A stretch of DNA of 54,303 nucleotides from a virus (Duplodnaviria; Caudoviricetes). Location: positions 1-54,303 of the IMG/VR virus record IMGVR_UViG_3300032313_000663; one strand, given 5' to 3'. The notes beneath the pieces are model-generated. The model did no database searches. It was not told where the DNA came from and was given only the letters and a program-made list of their open reading frames with translations. The stretch's first letter is position 1, and the number at the start of each line of letters is the position of its first letter. Made by a program: the position numbers and the translations under genes. This document shows positions 54,241 to 54,303 of the stretch, one piece after another.

Positions 54241-54303
54241 TCAGGGTCTCGACTACTACTTCGACCAGCGAAAAGCCGACCACGCCGTCAGCTTCTTCGA
54301 GAA
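54185..54303 (+). CDS. terL: Terminase large subunit N-terminus (truncated; start 54185 ATG or 54218 TTG)
   Basis: YYFDQRKADHAVSFFE in an open frame overlapping the end of terS. Confidence 0.7.
   Translation, partial: MPLPPPIRLTRLSKADALSQGLDYYFDQRKADHAVSFFE

Larger units (their letters stand above)
1..54303. mobile_element. Temperate tailed dsDNA bacteriophage genome segment
   Basis: Integrase, terminase subunits, HNH, fibre genes, phage replication genes and dense small ORFs; no block of host housekeeping genes. Confidence 0.95.

Overview
This looks like about 54 kb of a temperate tailed dsDNA phage, GC-rich and coded almost entirely on the + strand. A Planctomycetota-like host is a weak inference. 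Layout: (1) 1-2.3 kb holds a dCMP deaminase, a reverse-strand tyrosine integrase, a candidate attP resembling a tRNA-fMet 3' end plus terminator, and a tandem HTH protein. (2) 2.3-10.3 kb holds accessory genes (DUF3310, MazG-like, PhoH) and a 6.4-9.1 kb mosaic of ORFs built from shuffled, hairpin-forming modules with a shared LLERLK tail. (3) 10.3-25 kb is a block of about 40 short genes under seven sigma70-type promoters, each with the same palindrome between -35 and -10, and many same-strand half-sites of it at gene junctions. (4) 25-33 kb is replication/recombination (DUF932, SNF2, RecE-like, Prim-Pol, origin-like spacer, UvrD-like). (5) 33-45 kb holds a degenerate bacterioferritin, nucleases, GNAT, CAP, FkbM, glycosyltransferases and a papain-like peptidase among membrane proteins. 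(6) 45-52.6 kb holds modular fibre genes. (7) The end holds a CpG-depleted segment, an HNH, an AT-rich region sharing motifs with the origin-like spacer, terS and the start of terL. The best candidates for undescribed biology are the covarying hairpin modules inside ORFs, the operator plus polar half-site regulon, the CpG desert and the twin iteron sites. All family calls come from motif recognition by eye; no searches were run.
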